Source: Anaerohalosphaeraceae bacterium
Lineage (GTDB): Bacteria > Planctomycetota > Phycisphaerae > Sedimentisphaerales > Anaerohalosphaeraceae
Direction of reading: 5' to 3'
DNA: 19,035 bases
NCBI GenBank assembly: GCA_050309605.1
Contig: JBNRMN010000005.1
Coordinates: 1 to 19,035, forward strand
Below are positions 7,987-17,163 of this stretch, piece after piece (within the stretch, counting starts at the first letter, position 1; each line of letters begins with the position of its first letter). The position numbers were made by a program, and so were the translations under genes. The notes below the pieces were generated by a model that saw only the letters and a list, made by a program, of their open reading frames with translations, ran no database searches and was not told the origin of the DNA.

Positions 7987-10737
7987 ATGTACAACCCACG
8001 GGAAAATAGGATTATCATTGACGGAGAGGACAAAACCGACTCCGTCGAACGCTGTTGGTACACCTCAAGGCCCAACCGCTGCCAGGTCATTTTCTGTAAT
8101 TTCCCGAAGACCTACTCCTATGTCCCGAGCAAAGTGTTGTGGCTGAAGGATCCCGTGGTATTTGATCCGCAGCATTACCACCTGCTCTACAAGGGGCGCC
8201 AAATAGAGCCTCTCTCCTACATTGCCGCCTTTCAACAAGGTGCGCGGCGATTCTGGTACGTGGAATACGCCAACGGCACCGGTGCCCACTACAAGGGATC
8301 GGAGGTCGAACTCGTTCGGTCATGCCTGGAGGAGCCGCCCGCACAGGATCGCTTCGCCTATCTGCGCGACGTGGCGGAACTCAACCCACTAAAGACCGAC
8401 GACGGGCAGAAACTGCTGCTGATGCAGTACCAGAAGATCGACTTCGTCTCCAACCGTTCGGCAGCGGCCCTCTACCTGAATCCCGACAAGGACTCGCCCC
8501 GGCAATTCCCGGAGGCGCCGCTCATTTACCCCTTCGGGTGCAACGCCAGCCAGCAGAGAGCCATCCAGGCAGCCTTCGGGAATCAGATCAGCATCATCCA
8601 GGGCCCTCCGGGAACCGGCAAGACGCAGACGATCCTCAACATCGTGGCCAACCTTGTGGTGCAGGAGAAGACCGTGCTGGTCGTCTCGAACAACAACTCG
8701 GCCATCGAAAATGTGGTCGAGAAGCTGGAGAAGCAGGGACTGGGATTTCTCACCGCCCTGCTGGGCAGCCGTGAGCGAAAGACAGCCTTCGTCGAAACAC
8801 AGGCTATCGAGAAGTCCATTCCGGCCGAGATCGACTCGTGGTATTCGGCCGAAACCGACTCTCCGGAGTTTCTCCGCACCATTCAGTCCGAGGCTGAATC
8901 GTTGCAGACGGTTTTCGAACGACAGGAGCGGCTGGCTCGTGCCCGACAAGAGTTGACGGGGCTGCAAACCGAACAGCTCCATTTCGAGCAGGAGACAACG
9001 ATTGACTCATCCGTCACGCTTCGTCGGCAAATGCCGTCGGCCCGGCTGCTGATGCTGTGGAACGAATTGCAGGCCGCCGTCGAATGGCAGCCGAACGGAC
9101 TCTTCGACCGATGGCGCGACGCGGTCCGATGGTTTTTGCTCAAACGCCGCATCCGCCGCCTCTTCGACGGATTTCCCCGCCACCCGGAGCGGCAGGATCT
9201 CCAGCGGTTGATCCCTCTCCTCCAGCGCAGCTACTACCAGGTCCGGCAAGAGGAGCTCACGGCGGAGATCGACCGGATTGAAAAGCAACTTGCCACGTCG
9301 GACGCTCCGGCGATAGTGGCCCGGTTGAGCGACGACTCGATGCGCTACCTGCGCAGCCGTCTGGCCGGACGTTTCGGCAAAGGACACAAGCGACCGATTT
9401 TCCAGCACATCACCCCCGAGCTGCTCAAGGAGTACCCCGTCGTGTTGAGCACGACCTTCTCTTCGCGGTCGAATTTCCGGGCGTAGACGCTGTTCGACTA
9501 CGTGATCATGGACGAAGCCTCGCAGGTGTCGTCCGAAACAGGGGCATTGGCGTTAATGTGCGCCCGCAATGCGGTGATTGTCGGCGACTCGATGCAGCTG
9601 CCCAACGTCATCACCGATGCCGACCGGCTCTGCATGCAGGCCATCGCCGCCAAACACGCGATCGATCCCCGCTACGACTGCGCCGCGTTGAGTTTTTTGG
9701 AGTCCGTCTGCCGGGTCTTTTCCGAAGCGCCTCAGACGCTGCTGCGCGAACACTACCGCTGCCATCCGAAGATCATCAACTTCTGCAACCAACGCTTCTA
9801 CGGCGGGCGTCTGCTGATCATGACCGAGGATCACGGCGAACCCGACGTCATCACGGCGTGGCGGACTGCACCGGGGCATCACGCGCGGGGAGCGTTCAAT
9901 CCCCGCGAGATCGAGACGATCCGGCGCGAGGTGCTGCCGTCACTTCCCTGCGAGCCGGCCGAGATCGGCATTATCTCCCCCTACAACGAGCAGGTCAATG
10001 CGCTCCACCGCGAGCTGGGCGGAGGTGTTGACGTGGCCACGGTCCACAAGTTTCAGGGACGGGAAAAGGAGGCCATCATCCTGTCGACCGTCGACGATCA
10101 GATTACCGCCTTCACGGATGATCCCAATCTGCTGAACGTTGCCGTATCGCGGGCCAAGCGGCAATTTACGCTCGTCACTTCGAGCAACGAACAACCCGAC
10201 AGTCGCAACATCGCCGACCTGCTGGCCTACATCGACTACAACGGCGGCAAGATCACGGAGAGCGCCATTCATTCGGTTTTCGACCTGCTCTATGAACCCT
10301 GTGCCGAAGCGCGGCGGGAGTTTCTCAAACGGCACCGACGGATCTCGGAGTTCGACTCCGAGAATCTGACCTATGCCCTGTTGGAGCGGGTGCTGAAGGA
10401 TGAACCGGCATTCCGGAATCTGGGCGTTCTCTGCCACCAGCCGCTGCGACAGTTGATCCGCGACTGGACGCTTCTCAACGACGAGGAGCGCCGCTATACC
10501 TCGAACGGCGCCACGCACCTCGACTTCCTGATCTACAACCGGGTGAGCAAACGCCCCGTCCTGGCTATTGAGACCGACGGCTACCAATTCCACAAACAAG
10601 GCACCCGCCAATCCGAACGCGACCGGATGAAGGATCGCATCCTCGACCGCTACGGCCTACCGCTACTGCGCCTCTCGACCACGGGCACCGACGAGGAGGC
10701 GAAAATCAAGGATCAATTATCGAAGATTGTGGAATAA
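7987..10737 (+). pseudogene. Superfamily-1 (Upf1/Dna2-like, AAA_11/AAA_12) helicase with C-terminal DUF2726/Vsr-like nuclease domain, interrupted by an in-frame TAG at 9484-9486
   Basis: N-part: NASQQRAI, IIQGPPGTGKT, SNNNSAIENV. Same frame after the stop: TLFDYVIMDEASQ, VIVGDSMQLP, EHYRCHP, ISPYNEQ, TVHKFQGREKE, NVAVSRAK, and C-terminal HLDFLI...AIETDG..FH...ERDRMKD. Confidence 0.85.
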
Positions 10738-10786
10738 AACGCGCAAGATAGAGCACAAATGACCATAAACTCAATTATTTTTTTGT

Positions 10787-10794
10787 TAGCTTTG
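10787..10794 (+). promoter_or_regulatory. Bacteroidota -7 element (TAgcTTTG) for mcrBC
   Basis: Matches TAnnTTTG, 28 bp upstream of ATG 10823. Confidence 0.55.
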
Positions 10795-10822
10795 TTGTGA
10801 CTACTAACTAATACAACCTGCC

Positions 10823-12583
10823 ATGAACGAATATATCCAATTCAAACACCTTCTGGAGTACTTTGTCTCCCATCTGGAATGGACTGTCAACCAGAATACA
10901 TCTCACGTCGGATACCAAACCTATATCGCCCCTATTCCCAATTTTAAATATTCCGGACAGGGGTATGCCGGTGCCAACATCCAACATCAAATCGAGAATT
11001 GGTGCCAGTATGGCAAAGATCTGATCCACATCAATATAGATGCAAGAGGTTATACGACGACGCGCTGCTACATGAATTGGAACTGGACCTGGGTCAATGT
11101 CAGGCCCCATTGGATCAACACGGGTGACACGTACCATATTGATTCCTTGTTTCTGACCCAGGAACAAGGCTCCAACGCAAAAGCGGAATTAACCCGCACT
11201 TTGAGCGAATTGGGACTTTTCGACAATCATGAGCCAAATGATACATTAAAAGATTTTTTCAACACCTACAAGGATATGCTAAAATCATTTAACGATAAAG
11301 AAGAGATTCAGAACTACGTCCAGCTCCTTAAAGCCAACAAGAATCTAATTCTTACAGGCGCTCCGGGAACCGGCAAAACCTATCTTGCCAAACAGATTGC
11401 AAAGGCAATGGGCGCCGACAGCGAAGAACAGTGCAAAATGGTTCAGTTCCATCCTTCGTATGACTATACGGACTTCGTCGAGGGGCTGCGTCCGATCAAG
11501 AGCGATACTTCGGACCAGATTGGATTCGAACTCAGGCAAGGTGTTTTCAAGCAATTCTGCGAAAAAGCGCTGGAGAACTGGGAGGACAGTCGGAAAAAAC
11601 CGAAAGACATCTCAGCCGAACGAACATTCAAAGAGGCATACGACAATTTCATCGACGACATCAGAAACGGGGAAATCGCCGGGAATGAATTGAAGTTACG
11701 ATCCGAAGATGTGGCCATGAAAATCGTGGAAGTATCCGACAATAACAACATCATACTCAAGACAAAAGAATCAGACAGTAGAAAGACCTACACCGTCTCG
11801 TACAACCGCTTGAAGAAACTATCGGAGGCCTACAAGGACCTCAAAGCGCTAGATGAGATAACCAACATATATAAAGCGGTAACAGAGGCAATAAAGGGCT
11901 GTCACTCATCGGCCTATTGGGCGGCACTCCATTATATATACGAGCATTATGTAGGGACGGTCACTGCTGACGCAACTCCCGTCGAGGAGAAGAACTACGT
12001 CTTTATCATCGATGAAATCAATCGGGGTGAGATCTCCAAGATCTTCGGCGAACTATTCTTTTCCATCGACCCGGGATACCGGGGAGAGTCGGGACGGATT
12101 TTCACCCAATATCAGAACCTGGAGGAAGATTCCCCCTTCAACAATGGCTTCTTTGTCCCGGAGAACGTATATATCATCGGGACGATGAACGATATCGACC
12201 GAAGTGTCGATACGATGGATTTTGCCATGCGACGCCGCTTCGCATGGAAAGAGGTGAAGGCCACCGAACGACTCGGAATGCTGGATACTCTCGGGGCAGA
12301 CAAGACAGAAGCAATAACTAGATTGATCAATCTGAATGCAGCAATTGAAAAGATCGACGGATTGAGTTCCGCCTATCATATCGGCCCGGCATATTTCAAA
12401 AAGCTTGAGCTTTATCAGAAAGATACCGGACAGAAATGGGATCTGCTGTGGAATTATCATCTCAAAGGTCTTCTGTATGAATACCTTCGCGGATCCGACG
12501 AATTGGAAGCCAATATGCAGATTCTGAAGGATGCCTACGATTTGACAAAGAGAGACCAAGCTGAATCAGATGGTGAAAACTAA
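10823..12583 (+). CDS. mcrB: McrB-family AAA+ GTPase (type IV modification-dependent restriction), 586 aa
   Basis: NLILTGAPGTGKTY, VQFHPSYDYTDFVEG, FIIDEINRG, IFGEL, IIGTMNDIDRS (NxxD), DFAMRRRF, IGPAYF. Confidence 0.9.
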   Translation: MNEYIQFKHLLEYFVSHLEWTVNQNTSHVGYQTYIAPIPNFKYSGQGYAGANIQHQIENWCQYGKDLIHINIDARGYTTTRCYMNWNWTWVNVRPHWINTGDTYHIDSLFLTQEQGSNAKAELTRTLSELGLFDNHEPNDTLKDFFNTYKDMLKSFNDKEEIQNYVQLLKANKNLILTGAPGTGKTYLAKQIAKAMGADSEEQCKMVQFHPSYDYTDFVEGLRPIKSDTSDQIGFELRQGVFKQFCEKALENWEDSRKKPKDISAERTFKEAYDNFIDDIRNGEIAGNELKLRSEDVAMKIVEVSDNNNIILKTKESDSRKTYTVSYNRLKKLSEAYKDLKALDEITNIYKAVTEAIKGCHSSAYWAALHYIYEHYVGTVTADATPVEEKNYVFIIDEINRGEISKIFGELFFSIDPGYRGESGRIFTQYQNLEEDSPFNNGFFVPENVYIIGTMNDIDRSVDTMDFAMRRRFAWKEVKATERLGMLDTLGADKTEAITRLINLNAAIEKIDGLSSAYHIGPAYFKKLELYQKDTGQKWDLLWNYHLKGLLYEYLRGSDELEANMQILKDAYDLTKRDQAESDGEN

Positions 12584-13949
12584 TTCAGAGGTACGACAAT
12601 ATCGGATACGGGACTACGGAACGATTACAGTCCCGGAGATCGCCGTGTCCGATATCGAAAACTTCCAACATTTCGCCAACCGTTCCATCCAAGACCTGTG
12701 CAATAAGAAGAATTCTAATCTGCTCATCTTCCCGGATGTAGAACATCTTCTCAAAAACGGTATCGGAGAACAGACCATTTGCACGTTGGATGATACCCAA
12801 TTGCAAGCTGGGGATCTCATGGGGTTCATTGGTCGGGGCAACAGCCAGCTGACAATCAGCTCCCGGTTTGCAGTAGCAGATCAGGAGGATTATTTCCTGC
12901 ATTACATGGTTCAGCGGGTTTTCGATATCAATCTGTTCGATCTGAAACACGCGTCATCGAAAAACCGAATCTTCGACTTCCTGACTCTCTTATTTCCTTA
13001 CTACCTAAAAAGAGCGCTCAAACAGGGTATTTACAAGAAATACAAGACCATTGCACACAATGATGCAAATGTCAAAGGGGGCATCGATATTTCCAAACAA
13101 ATCCGACTGAATACTCCATTTACTGGGAGAATTGCTTACTCTGTCAAGGAGTTTTCCTATGACAATGAACTTACACAGTTGATTCGTCATACGATTGAGT
13201 GCATCCGGACCACACCGCAAGCATACGTTCTGAAGGCGGATCCAGATACCGAGGCTTTTGTCTTGCAAATCTGTCAGATAACCCCATCCTACAGTCAGCA
13301 AGCACGAAGAAAGATCATCTCCAGCAACCTGCGGCTGGTAACGCATCCATACTACGTCGCTTATCGTGAACTGCAGAAACTTTGCATCCAGATTCTCACC
13401 CACCGAGGGCTGAAATACGGTCAAAACAAGGATGACATCTATGGCCTTCTATTCAGTGGATCCTGGCTCTGGGAGGAGTTTCTTTATAAAACACTGCTCC
13501 ACGACTGTGGATTCCGACATCCGCAAAACCGCTTGGGCAAAGGCAGTATCTACCTCTTCGAAAAGGCTCCCTCATCTGAAATGGAGAGATACAGCCGTTG
13601 TAAACGATATCCGGATTATATCAAAGAGGACTTTATTCTGGATGCCAAATACAAGAAGCTGGATTCCGGGCACATCAATCGAGATGACATGCATCAACTC
13701 ATTTCGTATATGTATGTCGAGCAGGCCTCAAAAGGTGGATTCATCCATCCGCAACAGACGACACAGATCCAACCTGTTGTAAGGACGCTGGGGGCGCTGC
13801 GCGGTTACGGCGGAACCATCTATCTCATCGGGGTACCGATTCCGACCGGCGCAAAGTCTTACCAGGATTTTATTGAACAAATGCAACAAGCCCAACAGAG
13901 ACTAAAACAGAATATAAGACGCCTTGAAATCAACACATTTAATGAATGA
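12570..13949 (+). CDS. mcrC: McrC-family PD-(D/E)xK nuclease, 459 aa
   Basis: Overlaps the mcrB stop by 14 bp. Motifs ALKQGIYKKY, DNELTQLIRH, LWEEFL, YPDY...ILDAKYK, DMHQLISYM. Confidence 0.88.
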   Translation: MVKTNSEVRQYRIRDYGTITVPEIAVSDIENFQHFANRSIQDLCNKKNSNLLIFPDVEHLLKNGIGEQTICTLDDTQLQAGDLMGFIGRGNSQLTISSRFAVADQEDYFLHYMVQRVFDINLFDLKHASSKNRIFDFLTLLFPYYLKRALKQGIYKKYKTIAHNDANVKGGIDISKQIRLNTPFTGRIAYSVKEFSYDNELTQLIRHTIECIRTTPQAYVLKADPDTEAFVLQICQITPSYSQQARRKIISSNLRLVTHPYYVAYRELQKLCIQILTHRGLKYGQNKDDIYGLLFSGSWLWEEFLYKTLLHDCGFRHPQNRLGKGSIYLFEKAPSSEMERYSRCKRYPDYIKEDFILDAKYKKLDSGHINRDDMHQLISYMYVEQASKGGFIHPQQTTQIQPVVRTLGALRGYGGTIYLIGVPIPTGAKSYQDFIEQMQQAQQRLKQNIRRLEINTFNE

Positions 13950-13990
13950 GATCAAATGTCTTTTATCATCATGGAGCGTTTTTTGTAATA

Positions 13991-14458
13991 TCACCGCTTA
14001 TATAGATACAGCTCAAATCCTGAATTGCAAACCAGACTTGGATAAGGTAGTCTGACATTGCACTGGTAAGTGTATTTCCGATAGATGGGATGAAAACGAA
14101 ACCCCTCCTTCGTCAGATCTCGACGAACGGCAAAATAAGCTGTCCCGTGCGGAGCTAACAAATGGGCGATATCCATCATCACCTCGGCTTGTGCATAAGG
14201 TTCCAGTACGTTCAAGACATACACACACATAATCGTATCGAATTTCCCGTCGGGGTAATCCGGACGATAATAACAATCGTACCCAGTAATGTCGAACCCC
14301 TGCCGGCCTAGTTCATCTGTATCGAAACCAAGACCACATCCGAAATCAAGTATCCGCTCCTTCAGCAGACCATGCTGAAGCAGATAACGAGCCGGAGCCG
14401 ACAATCGCGTTCTCCGAATAGCCGTTAAATAGGGATGATTTATCTTTGCCGAATCCAT
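13991..14458 (-). CDS. Small class I SAM-dependent methyltransferase (155 aa; possibly a truncated MTase-HIT fusion)
   Basis: ILDFGCGLGFD SAM-binding motif, ITGYD, FDTIMCVYVLNV. Likely start 14458, 4 bp after the HNH gene stop. Confidence 0.8.
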   Translation of the reverse strand: MDSAKINHPYLTAIRRTRLSAPARYLLQHGLLKERILDFGCGLGFDTDELGRQGFDITGYDCYYRPDYPDGKFDTIMCVYVLNVLEPYAQAEVMMDIAHLLAPHGTAYFAVRRDLTKEGFRFHPIYRKYTYQCNVRLPYPSLVCNSGFELYLYKR

Positions 14459-14462
14459 CGTT

Positions 14463-15533
14463 TTAACCTTTCCAAATTTCAAATCCCATATTCAACGCAA
14501 TCTGGTGCATCGGAGTAAATGTCTGAAAGAAACAATCCATCAGATGCTCCCGATCCATATCGGCAATTTCTTGAGGAGTATGACCCATAGAAAGATAATC
14601 TTCCAATAATTTGTCCTGTTTCCCGATCTTCAGATTGATACGTAAAGCTGCTTGATGAGCCTCTGCCAATTTCGGAAGATACAAATTCAAATCGGGCAAA
14701 CGATTACTTTTGGAGCTATTGATACTCGGATCGGCCGGCATCAGGTTCCAAAGTAAATCGTGAGAGACAAAACTCCACGGGATAAAATGGTCCAATTCAT
14801 ATGCGCGTTCTTCCAACAGGGTTCCGGTATACAAGCATCGGACTTCCAGTCCGTGACTCATGGCGGTATTCCAAAACTTATGCTGAGCGGATAAGGAGTT
14901 TCGTTCTTCTCTCTTTACCAACTTATTAGGAATATTCGGAACATTCGGGTTCCTCACCTGTAAGAAGCCGGTTAATCCCCAATATGCAAAAGCGCTCAGA
15001 ATATCATAATTTTCTCTCAAATAGTCCAACCATGCTGGATTCAATTCTACCCATAACGCTCCAGGCTTTTTCTCCAATTTATAGAGACATCCGTTCTCGA
15101 ATGTTTGAGAGCGGATAACCGTTTGACGATCATCGGACGTATTGATCCACGGACGCAAAAAACGGAACGGAACATTCATTTGCAGAAAGTTTAACCGTTT
15201 TCGCACATCTGGTTGCTGAATAAGCTCATGCAACAAATCCGTCAAATCTCGGACACTGATATTGACGGGAATGTTATACTCTTTTTGCAAAGCCCATATC
15301 GCCTCATATAGGGATTCCGACTTTCCAAAAGAAAGACGGAAATAGATTACCGGATACCAGGCGTTTGCCACCATTGTAACCATAATCTCCCATACATTTA
15401 TCCTTGTTTTTCCCTGCCTTACAAACAAGTCGAGTATGCCGAGGAACCAGTAATATTTATATGTTGCCACGGTCTTGTCAAACACTCGGTTCAGATGTCT
15501 GGTTGTCAATATATGGGATTGTGGTATTTGCAT
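14463..15533 (-). CDS. HNH endonuclease domain protein (356 aa)
   Basis: C-terminal CLYTG...LDHFIPWSFVSHDLLWNLMP...INSSKSN HNH motif. N-terminal ATYKYYWFLGIL helical domain. Confidence 0.85.
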   Translation of the reverse strand: MQIPQSHILTTRHLNRVFDKTVATYKYYWFLGILDLFVRQGKTRINVWEIMVTMVANAWYPVIYFRLSFGKSESLYEAIWALQKEYNIPVNISVRDLTDLLHELIQQPDVRKRLNFLQMNVPFRFLRPWINTSDDRQTVIRSQTFENGCLYKLEKKPGALWVELNPAWLDYLRENYDILSAFAYWGLTGFLQVRNPNVPNIPNKLVKREERNSLSAQHKFWNTAMSHGLEVRCLYTGTLLEERAYELDHFIPWSFVSHDLLWNLMPADPSINSSKSNRLPDLNLYLPKLAEAHQAALRINLKIGKQDKLLEDYLSMGHTPQEIADMDREHLMDCFFQTFTPMHQIALNMGFEIWKG

Positions 15534-15558
15534 ATAAAAGATTTAATTACCTTAGTAG

Positions 15559-15566
15559 CAAAGATA
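15559..15566 (-). promoter_or_regulatory. Bacteroidota -7 element (TAtcTTTG) for the HNH-methyltransferase pair
   Basis: Matches TAnnTTTG, 25 bp upstream of ATG 15533. Confidence 0.55.
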
Positions 15567-15581
15567 ACAGAATAGTAGAAT

Positions 15582-16301
15582 TTAGAAGCACGCTTGCAAT
15601 CTTTTTATACCCAAATCTTTAATTGGGCTCGTTACATTGCCAAGTTTATTAACAATCTTTCCGTAGTCATTAATTAACTGTACAGCTTCGGATAAATGTA
15701 AGTTTTCTATAATATCTATCTGTGTACCTACATCCACATCCCTATGAGCATCTATACTATTTCTGACACGAGTTAATTCAGCAGTGTTTAACTCTCTAAA
15801 TTTAGTAAGTTCTTTTCGTGCATCAGCAAATGTTCCATAGTCATAATCTGGAAAGCAACGCTTTATAAATTTGATAATTTCAGCAGTAGTATCAACCAAC
15901 TTTTTTGAAGTTTCATATATCGCGGTATATGCTGATTTAATAACATCTAGCAGTTCCCATTCATCAATTCCGTCAGCAGACAAACGCTTCAAATATTCCT
16001 TCATTTCAATACTGGCCATTTGAATATGCCCCATTGTATTCCATATGAGTAAGTTATCTTTAAATGCAGACTTCTTTGTTTCATAGATAGGCAAAGAAGC
16101 TAAACTACACTTTTTAATTTGTGCTTCGCAAGCAGCAATATGATTCTTGCAATGACTTATACTTTGTCGGATTTGTTCGAGACAAGTTTGCTCCATTTTC
16201 AATGTTTCGTTGAGTGTGGTCTTTAATTCTTTTGCATTATCGTTTATCCGTTGCTCCAGGAAGCTGTCTAAAAGACTTTTTTTATATCTCATATATATCA
16301 T
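15582..16301 (-). CDS. Hypothetical all-helical protein with a candidate HEPN motif (RNSIDAH)
   Basis: 239 aa AT-rich ORF with an N-terminal coiled-coil-like stretch and C-terminal LTRVRNSIDAHRD = R-x5-H. Start could be 16292. Confidence 0.65.
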   Translation of the reverse strand: MIYMRYKKSLLDSFLEQRINDNAKELKTTLNETLKMEQTCLEQIRQSISHCKNHIAACEAQIKKCSLASLPIYETKKSAFKDNLLIWNTMGHIQMASIEMKEYLKRLSADGIDEWELLDVIKSAYTAIYETSKKLVDTTAEIIKFIKRCFPDYDYGTFADARKELTKFRELNTAELTRVRNSIDAHRDVDVGTQIDIIENLHLSEAVQLINDYGKIVNKLGNVTSPIKDLGIKRLQACF

Positions 16302-16523
16302 TCTCTTTTGTTTATTTCATCATTACCACTGATCTGTACATCTTTTTATACGTAGAATGCAGTCAACAGATAACAGGTAGTAAGGTACGCCACATAAACC
16401 ACATCAATAGCCCTACGCCGACTACCCAGTTTAATCAGTTCAAACATTACTTACTACTATTTTATGTTCCAATCTTCGCAGCTGCTCCGTATCTATGATA
16501 CTCTTTTCGCTATCAATAATACA

Positions 16524-16531
16524 CAAATATA
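16524..16531 (-). promoter_or_regulatory. Bacteroidota -7 element (TAtaTTTG), possibly for the 239-aa gene
   Basis: Matches TAnnTTTG, ~220 bp upstream of the ORF. Confidence 0.35.
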
Positions 16532-16575
16532 GTGTTTTTATTTAATGCTGAATACCAACATGTTCCGGAAACAGA

Positions 16576-16675
16576 AACTTTACTTTATCCCTATATTCCT
16601 ATATGCGTTCATTAAAGCAAAGCCAAAATAAGGGAAAGAAAAGAAATGGCTGGAGCCATTTCTCTTTTGTTTGCA
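16576..16675. repeat. Copy 1 of a structured direct repeat flanking hipBA
   Basis: 16576-16652 aligns to 18456-18531 at 68/77 positions by manual alignment, and similarity resumes after a ~19-nt indel. Contains the hairpin AGAAATGGCT-gg-AGCCATTTCT (16642-16663). Confidence 0.9.
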
Positions 16676-16781
16676 AAATATTTTTCCGACCCCAATACAC
16701 CAAACAACAAGTTTCACGGCATATAAATTGATCTCCGCCCAAATTATTTCTAATAAGATTTCATTTATGAGCTTTTATTCT

Positions 16782-16789
16782 TATATTTG
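16782..16789 (+). promoter_or_regulatory. Bacteroidota -7 element (TAtaTTTG) for the hipBA-like operon
   Basis: Matches TAnnTTTG, 23 bp upstream of ATG 16813. Confidence 0.55.
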
Positions 16790-16812
16790 TCACAACAGAT
16801 ACCAAATTTGAG

Positions 16813-17163
16813 ATGTTGGATAATATATACATACTGACAGACACCGAACTTTGCAACAGGATTGCAGCCAAAATAAAAACAGTACGCCTGAAGCAGAACA
16901 TGTCGCAGGCCGAACTGGCAGACAAGAGCGGTGTTTCCATCTCCACCATAAAACGCATGGAGGACGGGGAGGTAAAGAACTTCGAGTCGCTGATCCGCAT
17001 CCTGCGCACCTTGGGGAAGCTCGACATCTTCGTCCCGCTCGTCGAGGAGGAGCAGTTGAGCCCGAATGAATACTACGAGTTGGCCAGCAAAGCAAGCAAG
17101 TCCAGGCGCAAACGGGCGTCCAAAGGTTACACAAAAGAGAATAAGGAGGAATCGGAATGGTAG
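16813..17163 (+). CDS. XRE-family HTH protein, HipB-like antitoxin (116 aa)
   Basis: IKTVRLKQNMSQAELADKSGVSISTIKRMEDGE HTH_3 pattern. Overlaps the hipA start by 7 bp. Confidence 0.88.
   Translation: MLDNIYILTDTELCNRIAAKIKTVRLKQNMSQAELADKSGVSISTIKRMEDGEVKNFESLIRILRTLGKLDIFVPLVEEEQLSPNEYYELASKASKSRRKRASKGYTKENKEESEW

Noticed and set aside
9502..10737. Treating the 411-aa ORF as an independent gene
   Set aside because: It begins inside the Walker B strand (FDYVIMDE), in frame with the upstream ORF, so it is the 3' half of one interrupted gene.
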